Of a DNA stretch of 64,000 nucleotides, positions 1 to 12,378 are shown piece after piece. Position 1 is the first letter of the stretch. Each line of letters starts with the position of its first letter. Both the position numbers and the translations under genes were made by a program. Below the pieces are notes generated by a model. That model searched no databases, was not told the DNA's origin, and saw only the letters and a list, made by a program, of their open reading frames with translations. Location: assembly GCA_002269645.1 (NCBI GenBank), contig NIVC01000143.1, forward strand, positions 1-64,000. The letters are read 5' to 3'. The stretch is from Macrostomum lignano (Eukaryota).

Positions 1-156
1 AAAATGGGTGCCAGCATTAGCTCGGGGTAATTGAGGGCGTGTGGCGACCTCCCACCCAGTCCTTGACTGAACAGCCGTACGCAGCCTTCAGATGCGCCGC
101 GCAATAGCTGCGGCTGAGCTGTCGGTGGCACATCTGCCCACTAGGGCAGGTGTAAT
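1..156 (+). mobile_element. 3' part of tRNA-derived CORE-like SINE (family 1)
   Basis: Near-identical to 20085-20262 and 28284-28437 (aaaatgggtgccagcattag...ctgaacagccgtacgcagccttcagatgcgccgcgcaa); the tRNA head lies upstream of the window start. Confidence 0.75.
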
Positions 157-637
157 ATAAAAGTAGTGTATGACGCTTCGATTCTTCAGCCTTTTTTCAG
201 CCATTGAATTATTTTCTAAGACACTTCCTACTTGAGCAGTTCTTATTTGCTTGTTTTCATTCCAGTGCTCGTTCAGTATAGGTTTATTCTACTATACTTT
301 ATGTAATAGTCGGTTGCTGTAAACTTCTAGCTAAATCGATTACAATTTTCCATTCTATTTTGCGTAGAGCTGGGAAATAAACGGTTAGTCTTCTAGCTAG
401 TCATTGCCTGGGAGCTAAATCCCTAGAGAAATACATCCTGCCTGTCACCCTCGTCCACTCGATCGGTTCTTCTGCTCAGCTTCAACTTTCATCCCTATTT
501 CTAATCTTCCCGTCCCCGTTGCCGTCAAATCCCAAGAGTCTGGTTATGTGTGGCCAGTAAATAGTTAATAGATGTTCTCATGGCGTGTTATGCAGACCTA
601 GTTTAGTTTTACGGAGAAGTAAGCCAAGGACTAGATT

Positions 638-934
638 CATACATGCGCAACCTCCAAAATTCGGTCGGCCGTGCGACTTAGTTTTAACAAAAAATGCGAC
701 GTAGTTTTTGGCCAAAAATGCGACTTACCTGTAAAAGAAACCCTTAAGCAAAATTAACGCAATTTTGGGTAAACGGCAGGAGTAACTATGACTGTCTTAT
801 AAGGGCTAAATGCCTCGTCATCTAATTAGTACTACGTATGATTCTTTCGGGTGGGCATTTTTGCGACTTACCTTGGTTGGCCGCCAAATCGGTCGGCCGG
901 ATCGGCCGACTCGGCCGACTGTTGCGCATGTATG
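638..934. mobile_element. Non-autonomous hAT-like MITE
   Basis: Perfect 14-bp TIRs CATACATGCGCAAC (638-651) / GTTGCGCATGTATG (921-934); 8-bp direct repeat ACTAGATT at 630-637 and 935-942; subterminal repeated motifs TGCGAC(T/G)TA and TCGGCCGA. Confidence 0.8.
767..841 (+). pseudogene. Degenerate 28S rRNA fragment (conserved domain IV segment around the R2/I-PpoI target site) inside the MITE
   Basis: GGGTAAACGGCAGGAGTAACTATGACTGTCTTATAAGGGCTAAATGCCTCGTCATCTAATTAGT matches the near-universal eukaryotic LSU segment GGGTAAACGGCGGGAGTAACTATGACTCTCTTAAGGTAGCCAAATGCCTCGTCATCTAATTAGT with few changes. Confidence 0.85.
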
Positions 935-1377
935 ACTAGATTCAAGGACAAAGCTGAATGACTGTGTAACAAAATGGGTAACACATTTCATTTTTTAATT
1001 TCTAGGCAGGACATGTATAATAAGGGATATAAAATGAATGTAAAATCCAATTTTTTAACCGAAACGTTTCATAAATATCAATAGAGCTATAAGAAAACCA
1101 ATACATATCAAATGATAAACGTTGGGTCTCCCTTCTATCAAAAGCAATAACAAATTTTGTGCTGAAAAATGAACCTTTTTGTCTCCATGATATATTTTTT
1201 CGGTAAAAACAAACATCCTAAAATTCTGCAAGAAACTCAGTTTTCTGTCCGTCTACTTAAGTAGTCCTTGAAGTAAGCTTGAAGAGACGTTTTAGAAAGC
1301 ACATAAATGGACATGAGAAGTTACTTACTTCCTCCGCCCAATGAAACATACTATCCTACAAGCTCTTTTAACTTTTT

Positions 1378-1566
1378 ATGTCTCAAAGTCGCAGCCTGTC
1401 TGAGGCGTTGGACTTTCTGGCATCGAAGCATCGTGGCCAGCCAGTTGACAATGACTTAGTCAAAATTAGTAACAGAGATGACCAATTGTGTCAGATGTAT
1501 TCGGTCTGCTTGGAGTTGACAAAAGAAAATCAACAATTAAATAGTTATGCAGAGCATTTGAAACAG
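1378..1566 (+). CDS. Putative first coding exon of a coiled-coil protein gene (may splice to 20385)
   Basis: ORF MSQSRSL...LTKENQQLNSYAEHLKQ ends at CAG|GTAAGC in phase 0, compatible with the phase-0 acceptor at 20385; helical charged composition. The linkage is inferred. Confidence 0.4.
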
Positions 1567-1789
1567 GTAAGCTTCTTAACTTGTGAATTTAACAAATATC
1601 ATTTTGTGTGTATTATTAATGTAAGAATTGTTGCCCACATAATTCTTCAAAATCATGGTAATGTCACGCGGTGATGTCATTATTCCCTGTCAAAAATTTC
1701 TGGAAATTTTAGTAAATTGCACTGTAAGCTACTAGTAGTAGTAGGTCACTGCCACCACCAAGAAAATTCGCGAAGAGCAATCAATCAGC

Positions 1790-2206
1790 TTTAAAGCGCT
1801 AACAAAATATGAGTATGTTTAAAAGAACTAGACCACAAATGAATTTATTTTCACTTGCAACCTTTCCACTGAGTAGGACACTGGGTCCAAAACAGCTACC
1901 AACAAAAACAGGAGAAGTCTGGTCATTAGCCACCAGGTAGGAAGCGGGCTTATGGATTTTTCCCTGGAGGTAACGATGCCTGGCGCATGGCAAAACAGCC
2001 ATGACCCGAGATGGCCATGGTCACCGCCCCAATGTCCCTGCGGTTGAGTCCAAGCAGGGCCCTTTGCAGGGCGGAGGAATGACAGGGAGGGGACAGCGGC
2101 GCTGGATTGCCTGAAGTCGGGGCGCGTTAGCCCACCTCGTCTGTCCCTTAAAGCCACTAGTTGATCCAAGTGGTGACGTCCAAAGGTTCTTAGCTAAGCG
2201 TCAACA
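1790..2206. repeat. Dispersed ~420-bp repeat, copy 1 (segment order B then A)
   Basis: 1979-2206 is highly similar to 12043-12272, and 1790-1912 is similar to 12262-12378. Confidence 0.75.
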
Positions 2207-2211
2207 TCATC

Positions 2212-4600
2212 TTAGCTAAGCGCCGGCCGGTTGTTGTCGCGGATGATCACCGCCGTGTTGCTGCCAGCTTGGACCACAAAGCGAGCGGTCTCGGCCGTTG
2301 CCCTGGAGCTTGGCTGGTAAACAACTGGTGCGTCGATCTCGAAGGTCATTGTCAGTGGACTCCTCAGCTGTCGGCCCATCAGCGCCGACGGGCTGCCCCG
2401 GCCGTCGCTCCCGCGCGTCGAACGGTAATTGAGCAGCAGCTTGGCCAGGTACGCTTCGAAGGAGCCGCGGTGCGCTGCAAATGCCCGGAGCCCGTGCTTC
2501 ACCGTCTGGACCATGCGCTCAGCACAGCGGCGAGTGCACCAGGTTGCACCCAATGCGCTGCAGCCACTGCTGAACGTCCTCGAGTTTTAGCACGTCAGTC
2601 TCTGTCCAATGGATGACACTCTCGACCACCTCCGGTAGCTCGGACTTCTCCTCGAACTCGAGTCTCGACATCGCGTCGACATGTGGGATGCTTCTTTCGC
2701 GGACGTACGCGATATCGTAGTCGAAAGCAGCCAGTTGGATCGCCCACCGCGTGATTCTCGCAGACGTGACTTTCGGGATCTCCTTGGCTTGGCTGAAGCG
2801 GCTGATGGTCGCAGTTCAGGGCGAACTTGGCGCTCAGCAAAAAGTGTCGTGCTCGCTGAGTCGCCCACACGATAGCGAGGGCCTCTCGCTCGATGTTGGA
2901 GTAGTTCTGCTCTGCCGCTGTGAGCCGTCAAGACAGGTAGATCACCGGGTGCTCGTCTTGAGTCAGAATGGCCGAGATCGCTTTCTCACTGGCGTCTGTT
3001 GTCAGTGTTGTGCGCTTCGAAGCATCAAAGATGCGCACTACTGGACACACTGCCAGAGCCTTCTTGAGGTCGTCGAATGCCTTCTGCTGGTCCTGGCCCC
3101 ACTTGAATGGTGTCTGCTTACTTCTCAGCTTCGTGAGTGGCTCGACCTGCTCAGCGTAGGCCTGGACGTACCGCGCGTAGTAGTTCGTGAGCCCAGAAAG
3201 GATTCGAGCTCCTGGCGGTTCGTCGGCTCACGGGTCTGCTGAACTTTTCCCACCAGCTTCGAGTCGGGCCGAACACCATCAGCGGAGATATTGTACCCGA
3301 GGAATGAGATCGCAGTGCTTCTGAAAACGCACTTACGCTCGTTGATCTGCATTCCGGCCGCCTTGAGCTTGCGCAAGTTTCTCGACCTTCTCGTCTAGCT
3401 CAGCCTCGGACCTGGCTCCGACACAGACATCGTCCTGGTAGATGACTAGGTTCGACACCAGACCACCGATCGTTGCTTCCATGGCCGCCTGGAACTGTGC
3501 GCTTGCCGTCTTCACGCCGTAGGGCATCCTTGTCCAGCGTAGCAGTCCAATCGGGGTGTTGATGGTGAGAATTTCCTTTGAAGCCTCGTTCAGCTCGAGC
3601 TGATTGTACGCGTCCGCCAGGTCGATGGTGCCGAAGTGAGACATTCCCGCAAGCTCGCAGAACGCCGTCTCGATGTTGGGCAGCGGATAGGAATCAGCAC
3701 AGATCTTGGGGTTAACCCCGATCTTGTAGCCGGCACAGATCCTGATGTCGCCGTTGGGCTTCCTAACGACCACGATCGGAGACGCCCACTGACTGCCGCC
3801 TGGCGCGACTGACTCCAGAACACCGCTGTCGGTGAGCTTCCGGATCTTCTGAACTTCAGTGATGGGACTCGCGGCTAGTAAAGGAATGAATCGGAAGACG
3901 ACTTCGCTCGGTGATCTTCATGGGTTGCGAAGTTTCGCGTCCTGCTCGCCTCGTCAAGCTACCAGACTCTCCTAGTGCTAGGTACACACCAGACCACATT
4001 GTCTGCTTCTCAGCAGTGCGCTGCCCTGCTTGAAGTCCGGATTCAGAATTCTTGAAGCGAGTCCAGGTACGCGTCCCTAGGTCTGCGCATTCCGCCCCAC
4101 GTAGGACTTCTTGTTCTCCACGATTTGTTCAGACTAGCATGACCCTGGATGCGAAAACGCGTCGCTTAGTTGAGGCTTCAGGTGAATGGCACTGGTCGCG
4201 CCTCGAAGTAACTCGGCCGGACATTGTCCCTCAGCAGGATGCGCGCCTTGAAGCCATTCAGCTTCCCGAGAGGCGTTTTCTGCGCATGCCCCACGTGGTT
4301 GAGGCAGAAAGCATCCAGATCGAACTGCAGGAGGTCCGTGTCGAGGAGATCGAGGGTCTTGCTGCAGGCCGCGACCGTGACTTCCACGCACGCAATCTTG
4401 TTCTCCAGTTCGACAGCCGCTGTGAAGCTGCCGAGAGTCTTGATGATCGAGCCATCAAACTGGCAAAGCTGGCGCCTGCACTTCCGCAGCCGGGGCTCAC
4501 CGAGCTGCTTCCAGAAGTTCTGTGGGATGATGCTGCTGTCCGATCCCGAGTCCAGCTGCATCGCCAGAGCGTGACCGTCGATCAGCACGGTCTTCAGGCT
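2212..4600 (-). pseudogene. Fragmented Gypsy pol (element 1): PR 4178-4588, RT ~3333-3858, RNase H ~2600-3300, IN tail 2212-2553
   Basis: Motifs DSG, YQDD, DHQPL, ERMVQTVK are spread over several frames; the integrase zinc finger and most of the catalytic core are missing; a ~310-bp insert lies at ~3859-4170. Confidence 0.88.
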
Positions 4601-5451
4601 GCTGGTCTTGTGCTGCTGGTGCTACTGACAGAAAAGATGGGTCCATCCTCCGTTGCCTCGGCCGCCTCGACTTCGTGAACTGATCTGGGGGCGGACTTGC
4701 ATACCGCCGCGAAATAGTTGCGCTTGCTGCACTTGTTGCAGGGCTTGCCTCGAGCTGAGCAGCGGCCGAGTTGGTGCTGCATTCCGCAAGAGCTGCAAGT
4801 TGCTCGTCCGTCCCGCCTGTTCTTGTCGATGCTGGCAATGGAAGCCGGCGCTAGGGCTGCAGTCTCCCCTGTCTTCTGACTGTCCGCGCCGCCGTACTGC
4901 TGGATCAACTCGAGTTGCTGGATGAACTCGACGCTGCTGTCGAGAACCACCGGCTGCGATGAGCCCTGAATGTGCTCCAGAATCCGGCTGCGGTGCTGCG
5001 CGTTGTGCAGCCCGCTGACGAGCATCGTCTGCATGAACTCGTCCTCGGCAGTCTGGTGGCTGTCCTCCGCATTCAACTGGTCGAATTCGCAGAAGCGGGC
5101 GGCATCCCGAAGTCTCTGTGCGAAGGCCTGCACTGACTCAGTGGGCTCCTGGCGCATCGACATGAATTTTGATCGTTCAGCAATGACAAGCTTCTTCTTT
5201 GGGAGAGTCTTCTCGATTATCAATTCTTTTATATCTGCGAAGTCCATCTCCTCCAGCTCCTTAGGCTTTGCCATGACGCTTACTATCCGCACTGCATTCA
5301 CGCCGGCTTTCGCCAGGAAGAGGTCAGTGACCTGCCGATTTTCTGCGCTGTCCATGAGATTTTTGCTTCGGCTGAGAGCAGCGAAGCTTCGTAGCCAAGC
5401 TTCCGTCATTGCGGGGTCGTTCAGCGGCAGTTCGTCTGCTCGCGTCGCCAA
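4594..5451 (-). pseudogene. Gypsy gag (element 1)
   Basis: 285-aa ORF with WLRSF, RQEPTESVQAFAQRLRDAARFCEF (retrotransposon gag motif) and Cys/His knuckle region. Confidence 0.88.
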
Positions 5452-6260
5452 TGTCGTGTCGTAGCAATAAGAAGGACTCTTTTCTATTTAAGAGAGAGCT
5501 GAGCCTAGAATACGCTACTTCAACTGATAGCCAAACCGGCCTTTATATTAACTTGAATACGACCGACGGCAACATGCCGCCTACATTACGAGTACAGCGC
5601 GATCAAACTTTAAGCTTTAGCATATAGATAGAAAGATGCAACGTGCCGCGCGTGCACACTGAGTACATTGGGAATGAGTACACTAGATATTAAGTACGCA
5701 GATACGCAAGGCGAGTCAGAGATAGTTGATGAGCCCCGCCAAGCGGCGCCACAGGGCGGAAAGGGAAGGAACGGCGGGCGCCTGTTCTGCTGGGAGAAAA
5801 GAGGGGATGAGCAGTTGCTTGGGGTGGGACTGCTACGTCCTAGGGGAGTGGGGAAGGGAAGTTTGTATACTCGTACTTCTAGCTGTACAAAGCTTCGTGG
5901 GAGAGGGAAGGCGGAACGCCTTTAAATGACTTAGACCAATTCAGGTCTATTTTTAAAACAGTGTTCAGTTACAACAGCAAGGGTATGCCGAGACCGGAGT
6001 CTAAAATTAGCAGGCAATGGCGGAGGAAGTTGACTTTTCCTTCGTTTATTTCTCTTCCCGGTGGGAAAAAATGGTCGCCGCGACGGCTTCTGTTTGTTGC
6101 GTTTACGACGGCGGAAACTCTGTTCGAGTGAACGCCGAGTTTCCGTCGCCACAACGGTCGCTGCGACGGCGGTCGGAAAACCCATTAGCGACTCTTATAT
6201 GCGTACGATACTACTTGTATCGTGTAGTAGTGTAGATGGACCATGATATATCCCACGAAA
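5452..6260 (-). repeat. Putative 5' LTR of Gypsy element 1
   Basis: Starts TGTCGTG next to the PBS; CACGAAA at 6254-6260 is a one-mismatch inverted terminus and coincides with a shift to AT-rich DNA. There is no second LTR to confirm the outer boundary. Confidence 0.5.
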
Positions 6261-7030
6261 TTTTTTATTTTTTCGGAATAAAAAAGAAACGAAATATAGA
6301 TGCAGTCTTTTTCAACAAATAAACATTATGTTGCTATGGGAAAGGCTTTTTAGCATTATATTTATAGAATTACCTGATTATTTAGTTCCTGCTAGAGAAG
6401 AAAAAATTCACCCATAGACATACTTCAAAAAAGTACAATAATATCAAACTGTTGTTTATTAAGCATACACGAAGCGTAAAAGAAAGCAATCGTTCACAAT
6501 ATTAAGTACAATAAAAGTCAATTGATTTAAAAGTTATAGTAAAATACCGAATGATATCCGTGTTATGATATGATGAATTACATGACTCCATCATTTTTGC
6601 ATGAAATGGTTTACTCGTATTTGCACATGAAGCTATTCAACAAACGGGAAAAATTAACTCTTTCAAACTATAAATGGCCTATAGGGTCCATTGTACCCCA
6701 CAGGCAAATAAGCAGTCATCAATAGAAATATGGCGTGCATTTAGCTAACTAATTTTCTGATTATGAACATTGAGCAACTACTCCAGATCAGAGCAGTACT
6801 CGAGTTCGAGCTCTTGCTCAACTCAGAGTTTGAGGTGAAACTTGCCAGTTATTGCTCACTTTATTCATACGGCCAAATGACTAATTCAATGGGCTGTCTA
6901 TGCACATAAAGTAATAACACTGTTATGTACAGAAGCTGCAATAATAGTCGATTTATGGGGTCAAAAAACTCATTATTTTTTAAACGTTTGGGGTTTAGAG
7001 TAAAAGATCAGCTGTATCATTTAATATATA

Positions 7031-7530
7031 AGGACACCTAATTTAGCGCCCCAAGGACATCTAATTTAGCGCCCCAAGGACATCTAATTTAGCGCCCCAA
7101 GGACATCTAGTTTGATCCCCTAAGGACACCTAATTTATCGCCCCAAGGACATCTAGTTTGATCCCCTAAGGACACCTAATTTATCGCCCCAAGTACATCT
7201 AGTTTATCGCCCCAAGGACATCTAGTTTAGCGCCCCAAGGACATCTAGTTTAGCGCCCCAAGGACATCTAGTTTAGCGCCCCAAAGACACCTAATTTAGC
7301 GCCCCAAGGACACCTAATTTAGCGCCCAAAGGACACTTAATTTAGCGCCCCAAGTACATCTAGTTTAGCGCCCCAATGACACCTAATTTAGTGCCCCAAG
7401 GACATCTAGTTTAACGCCCCAAGGACACCTAATTTAGCGCCTCAAGGACATCTAGTTTAGCGTCCCAAGGACACCTAATTTATCGCCCCAAGGACACCTA
7501 GTTTAGCGTCCCAAGTACATCTAGTTTGAC
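7031..7530. repeat. 23-bp minisatellite (GGACACCTAATTTAGCGCCCCAA), ~21 copies
   Basis: Direct tandem units visible with point variants. Confidence 0.95.
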
Positions 7531-8154
7531 CCCCACAGAGAATCGCTCGCTGTGAGAAGCGCCAATTGACAACTGCTTTCAGAAATTTTTCTTTGAGACT
7601 CACTGTATGAGAATCTCTTTCATGCGAGAATTGTCCCTTGCGAAGAACCTTGCAAAAATCGATTCGCAGAGACCCTAACCTGACGTTTTGATAACTCAAA
7701 TCTCCAATCCATAGGCGCGTATGGTAATTATAAAGCTTCCTCTCTGGTTCAATGGCCTCCAAAAAATTTAGAAAATGCTGTGGAAAAATTTCGGCATGCA
7801 GTTGGCTTTTGCGAATTTTCTTCTTGATGAATAGCTATTTGCATATGCCATTTTCTAACGCCCTATAAATATATTGTACAATCGGCTTTCGCGTGGCTAT
7901 ATCTGAGAATAAACATATTTTCAAGACAGCTAATTATGGAGGTGGGAACAGTAAAATGGGGCATCTTTGTGAGAAGGGCAACTGAACCACAAAAGGGAAA
8001 TTCTTAGCTTACTATATGCACCTAAAAATGAGGCATAGAAATGAGATTTTGAGATTGGGGGATTTTTGCGTCACCGATTGTCGGGGGATTTTCCGGAGAA
8101 TTCCCAGGGGGGCTTTGTTTTGACGGGAGGGTGATAGTTGTGCACATATGATGG

Positions 8155-10652
8155 TTAAGGCGATGGAGACTCGTCAGATAAGTCCTGCGAATCAGGATAG
8201 TGCCGCTTTCCGCTGCCCTGCTCGGGTGCACTTGGGCGCTTCTTCGCCTTCTTGCGCAGGTTGTCCCCCGTATGCTTAAGAGCCGAGATGACGTGTTTTT
8301 CTACATCTCGCTCAGATGGCCTCTCATGAGGCTTGTCGTCTTTGTACATCGTGGAAACGGCTCCTGGAATTGGATTGGTGGTTTTATTCTGTCAAATTTA
8401 TTCTACTCTATGCTCCATAGTCCCTACTTTAAGTAGACATTATTCACTTGAATTTGTCTAAATGTTTCATTCTGAACCAGTTTCATTGAAGAAACTATAC
8501 TATAAAATTAGGCAAAATGATTCTGATTCTAGATTTACAATTACACACTTTCGGATTTCTGTAAACTTACGCTTCAGAAGAGGAAGCAGTGTTGTCTGGA
8601 AGCCAAGGCTGTCATCTGTTCCCGCGCCGCCGGACCTCTCGGCCAAGCCTCGACCGCAATAGTTTAGCTGGGCCATCATTTCAGGGGTGATACACTTTAG
8701 CAGCATCCGTCGGATGGTGCTCGCAACACTGTCACCCCGGCAGCGTGCCAGTTGCGTGCGCAGAACTTTCTGTGCCTCCTTATCTGATGCCAGCTTTAGA
8801 TAGCCCGCCCACGAAGCAGCTGGTTGCCATTCAGCTTCGGGCAGCTCGATGATAGTGCCGCCAACAGTCGAGTTGCCCTGCCTGTTGAGGGCCGCCAGAA
8901 TCTCCCGCTGCTGCTGTTGTATTGTTGCGTCTCGCTGCTCTTGGAGCTGCTGGCCGCGCAACACCAGCAACAGCAGCTGCGAGATACCCTTCAGACTCCC
9001 CAAGTCACCGAACTTGGCTGTTAAGTCCATCATCAGCCTGCGAGCGGCTTGGTTCTCCAGTTGTAGGCCCACGCTTTCCCTGTTGCGGCTCTGGGTGCTT
9101 GAGCTAGCAGCTGTGATAGCAGCAGCAGCAGCAGCAGCAGTGAAACTCTGGTCATGTTGAGGCCCTGGTGTCGATGTAGCCGTAGCGGTATCTGTTGGCT
9201 GAATAGAATAGGGGTGGGGGACAAATCATTACACTCATTACTCCGGATCTGCGAATACATTTATGTCATTTTCTTGTATAAAGCATATACACCTTATACT
9301 TTCATAGTCTCGAATTCGTACTTAAAATTTAATGCGAACATAGCATAGCATTTATCAATCACAATTACTAATCTTGCACACTCATTTATTTATTACTTTG
9401 AAGTTGCTGCTGTCGAGACTATAGTGACTAAAATGATGTGCAAAGATGACCAGGGGACTGGATTAACCTTTCCCAAGAATTAAACATGTCAAGGCGCTCA
9501 CTATAGTATAAATATACCGTACCCAAGGCCAAGCGCCTGAGCGTTATAAATATTTTGTTGTACTTTTTATTTGCGACTCAGTTGTCATGATTTACCATAG
9601 AAAATTTCCTTTTACAATTCTTTCTCGCAGTTAAGTTTCTCGCTTCATATCTTCTCATCGTTTAACTCATAATATATATACTTGAATTCAGCCCAAGTTG
9701 ACCTATAATTTCACTACAGCGTAAATCTAAAAATTGGTTTGCCATGACATTTTCATCGTCAGGTAGTGAGACACAAGGTGTGCTATGCTTACCCGCACCG
9801 AACGATGCAAATCCGACGGAGAAGCGGCTGCTGCTGAAGGTGAAGCTCGGTTCTGCATGGGTAGTAGTTGACCCGCCTCCATACTCGGCTTAGGTACCAC
9901 AGAAGCTCCATGTGGATGGCTCGCGGATGCTGCTGGCTGCCCGGAACCGACATCAGCCTCTGAATCCATCGTGCCATGATCCGATTGGAGTGCCTGCACA
10001 GATAGATCGCATAGTATGGGAATGGATTATATAGTTTATCCAGGTGTATGATTATTTCAAAGCCCGAAATTATCTCACGTTATGCTTAGACTATAACGAC
10101 GCAACAGTGAAGGGAAAGGCCCGAATTATACTCATTTTTCTAAGCTAGCAGAATTATATTTTACCTGATGGCTTGTGGATAACTCCGTTAAAGCAGCCCT
10201 TGGCCTTAGCTTAGAGTTTATTCTTAGAAACGTACAAACAAAAAATAGGAGTAAAATCATTCTCCTTCCCTGTCCGCAACCGTTGTTTTTACCCATAATC
10301 CGCTCATTCCTTTCCACTCTGCCCTCCGACCACTCCCACACTTCCATTTGTATTTCTAAGAACGAATTCTTTCTACTGCACTGCAAAAAGACAGTCAAAA
10401 AGCTTTTTCGACGGCGTGATTTTTGGCTCCTGTTCTGATCGATAGACACCTGGTTTCTTAATAATTTAGTTTGGTAAATTATCTTTTACATACCTGCACG
10501 GGCTTCAGCAGCAGCCGCTTCTTCACTCCGGGACAAATAACGCGTGGCGAAACCTGAAGGAACATTCGCTTCGGGCGAAAGTCTTTTTCAAGCCGGCACC
10601 TGCGGCAGTACTGTATGACTCTTGTAAGATCATACCCGTCATCAAGCGATAC
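8155..10652 (-). CDS. Spliced gene for a DUF4806/BEN-like domain protein (exons 10652-10494, 9993-9793, 9198-8571, 8363-8155; 5' exons unresolved)
   Basis: Four exons with GT-AG boundaries join in frame (phases 0,0,1). C-terminus RCRGDSVASTIRRMLLKCITPEMMAQLNYCGRG...ERDVEKHVISALKH resembles DUF4806 proteins, often accessory ORFs of DNA transposons. Confidence 0.55.
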
Positions 10653-12042
10653 CTGAGAAGTAAGGATTGGGTGTAAATCTAAGTTGTCTAAATTGCAAGC
10701 ATAATGAAACTAAGTACTCATATAAAAATATACGCCATTCTGAGCACTTTGTACCCATTTCACAGTTGACTATAGGTGTATTTTAAATACCCAGGTATAA
10801 GATTTTAACTCCATTAGGCTGGCTGTAGCAGTGTAGACATATAAATCGTTGAATCTGATCAGCATCTAGAAGCCGGAACAAGTCAGCGATACTGCCATTG
10901 AGTTCCCAAATAGTTTTATACGATTCGATGACTTTTTAAGAGAGACAGTTATCCAGCGGGTAAAAACTATTACTATTAAGAAAGCTCATGAAAATTATTT
11001 GATTCGCTCATACCTGCCCTTAAATCCATGATCAGAACGAACAATTGATGAACAAGATTACAAGATATAAGTATTTGGAATTCGGCAACCAATCGCCAAT
11101 GAATTGTAGGCTGAGCCGGCCGCATAGCCTCCTTAGCAGCTATTTTGCCGGCAGAGTAAAGGCAATAAAGGTCCCACTAGACAGGGACACGTTTGAGACT
11201 AAGAACTAGCACTTGTATACAATATGTAACAGCATTTTCTAAGCCAGTTGAGCGTAGAAGCAAGCAATTTAATCCTCAGTAGGAAAATCAAGCTATGAAA
11301 GACTTGCTTTTCATTGTCTATGGGGATCTATGGAGCAACCTGCAACCAATTTGAGAATCTGGGCGCGTGTTCTTTATTTTCTCGCAGCTTTTTGCTACTT
11401 TTGGGTCTAGGCCACACAAAGGTGTAGTATGTAGCTTCACTTTTACTTAGCAGCATTTGGCTATATACACAGCCGGTAAAACAACCATTCCCTAAATTGT
11501 ATGGTATAAGTCGTCCCCGACTCCATTTTATTTGTATGCATTATATAGATGAAGGTAGCAGGCTGCGGGTCTTGATAAAGTGCGGACGGTTTTTATATTT
11601 TACGGAATACCTGCGGAATGGTGTAAAATATTTATGATGCGGACATTGTTTTGGCTCCAATGGCTTCCTCATCAAACGATGCAATATTTCCCCGCATTCA
11701 GCTAGATGCTATACCATCGTGGCCCTTGTTATATGCACTTTTCAATTTCCGAAAAATGTGCACTGCTCTATTTCCAGTAGTGTAGTCGGGCATAGGAATC
11801 ATAACAATCAAAGTGGAAAAACTGGTAGAAATTTCTGCTTCTTGACACGGTGGACTCAATTTAAACATTGTTATTGCATAAAGAGTCTGTTGTGGCAGTA
11901 ACAGGCTTTGAAAGCCCAGGAAAGCAATTATATTAAAGAATTTATTCTATTCCGCATTCCGGTTCCGCAGTTTATAACGAGCCTTTATAAAGGGCTGTTA
12001 GTAGTCTGTTGAGGTGGCATCCACATCTTTGTTTAGTTTGGG

Positions 12043-12378
12043 GTTGGCGCCTTAAAAACACCCATGACCCGAGATGGCCATGGTCACCGCCCCGATGTCC
12101 TTGCGGTTGAGTCTAAGCAGGGCCCTTTGCGGGCCGGAGGAATGCCAGGGGGGGGGGGGACAACGGCGCTGGATTGCCTGAAGTCGGGGCGCGTTAGCCC
12201 ACCTCCTCTGTCCCTTAAAGCCACTAGTTGATCCAAGTGGTGACGTCCAAAGGTTCTTGGTTAAGCGCCAACAAAAAAATCGGTAAAAACTACACGGATG
12301 AATTTTCTTTTCACTTGCAACAATTTCACTGAATAGTACACTGAATCCAAAATAACTACAAACAAAACCAGGGTAGGA
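12043..12378. repeat. Dispersed repeat, copy 2 (segment order A then B)
   Basis: Homologous to 1790-2206; segment A has short inverted ends GTTGGCGC(C)TTAA / TTAAGCGCCAAC. Confidence 0.75.

Larger units (their letters stand above)
2207..6260 (-). mobile_element. Decayed Gypsy/Ty3 LTR retrotransposon (5' LTR, gag, PR, RT, RNase H, partial IN; no 3' LTR)
   Basis: PBS TGGCGACG directly after LTR end; gag with CCHC-type knuckle region (CSSCGMQH...CNKCSKRNYFAAVC); protease LDSGSDSSII; RT WASPIVVVRKPNGDIRIC and YQDD; RNase H NCDHQPL; IN C-terminal AERMVQTVK. Multiple frameshifts. Confidence 0.92.

Noticed and set aside
767-841. Functional rRNA gene
   Set aside because: Only ~75 nt, mutated at invariant positions and enclosed in a MITE.
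4052-4678. Plus-strand ORFs overlapping the Gypsy elements (also 35481-35909 and others)
   Set aside because: Antisense shadows of GC-rich retrotransposon coding sequence.
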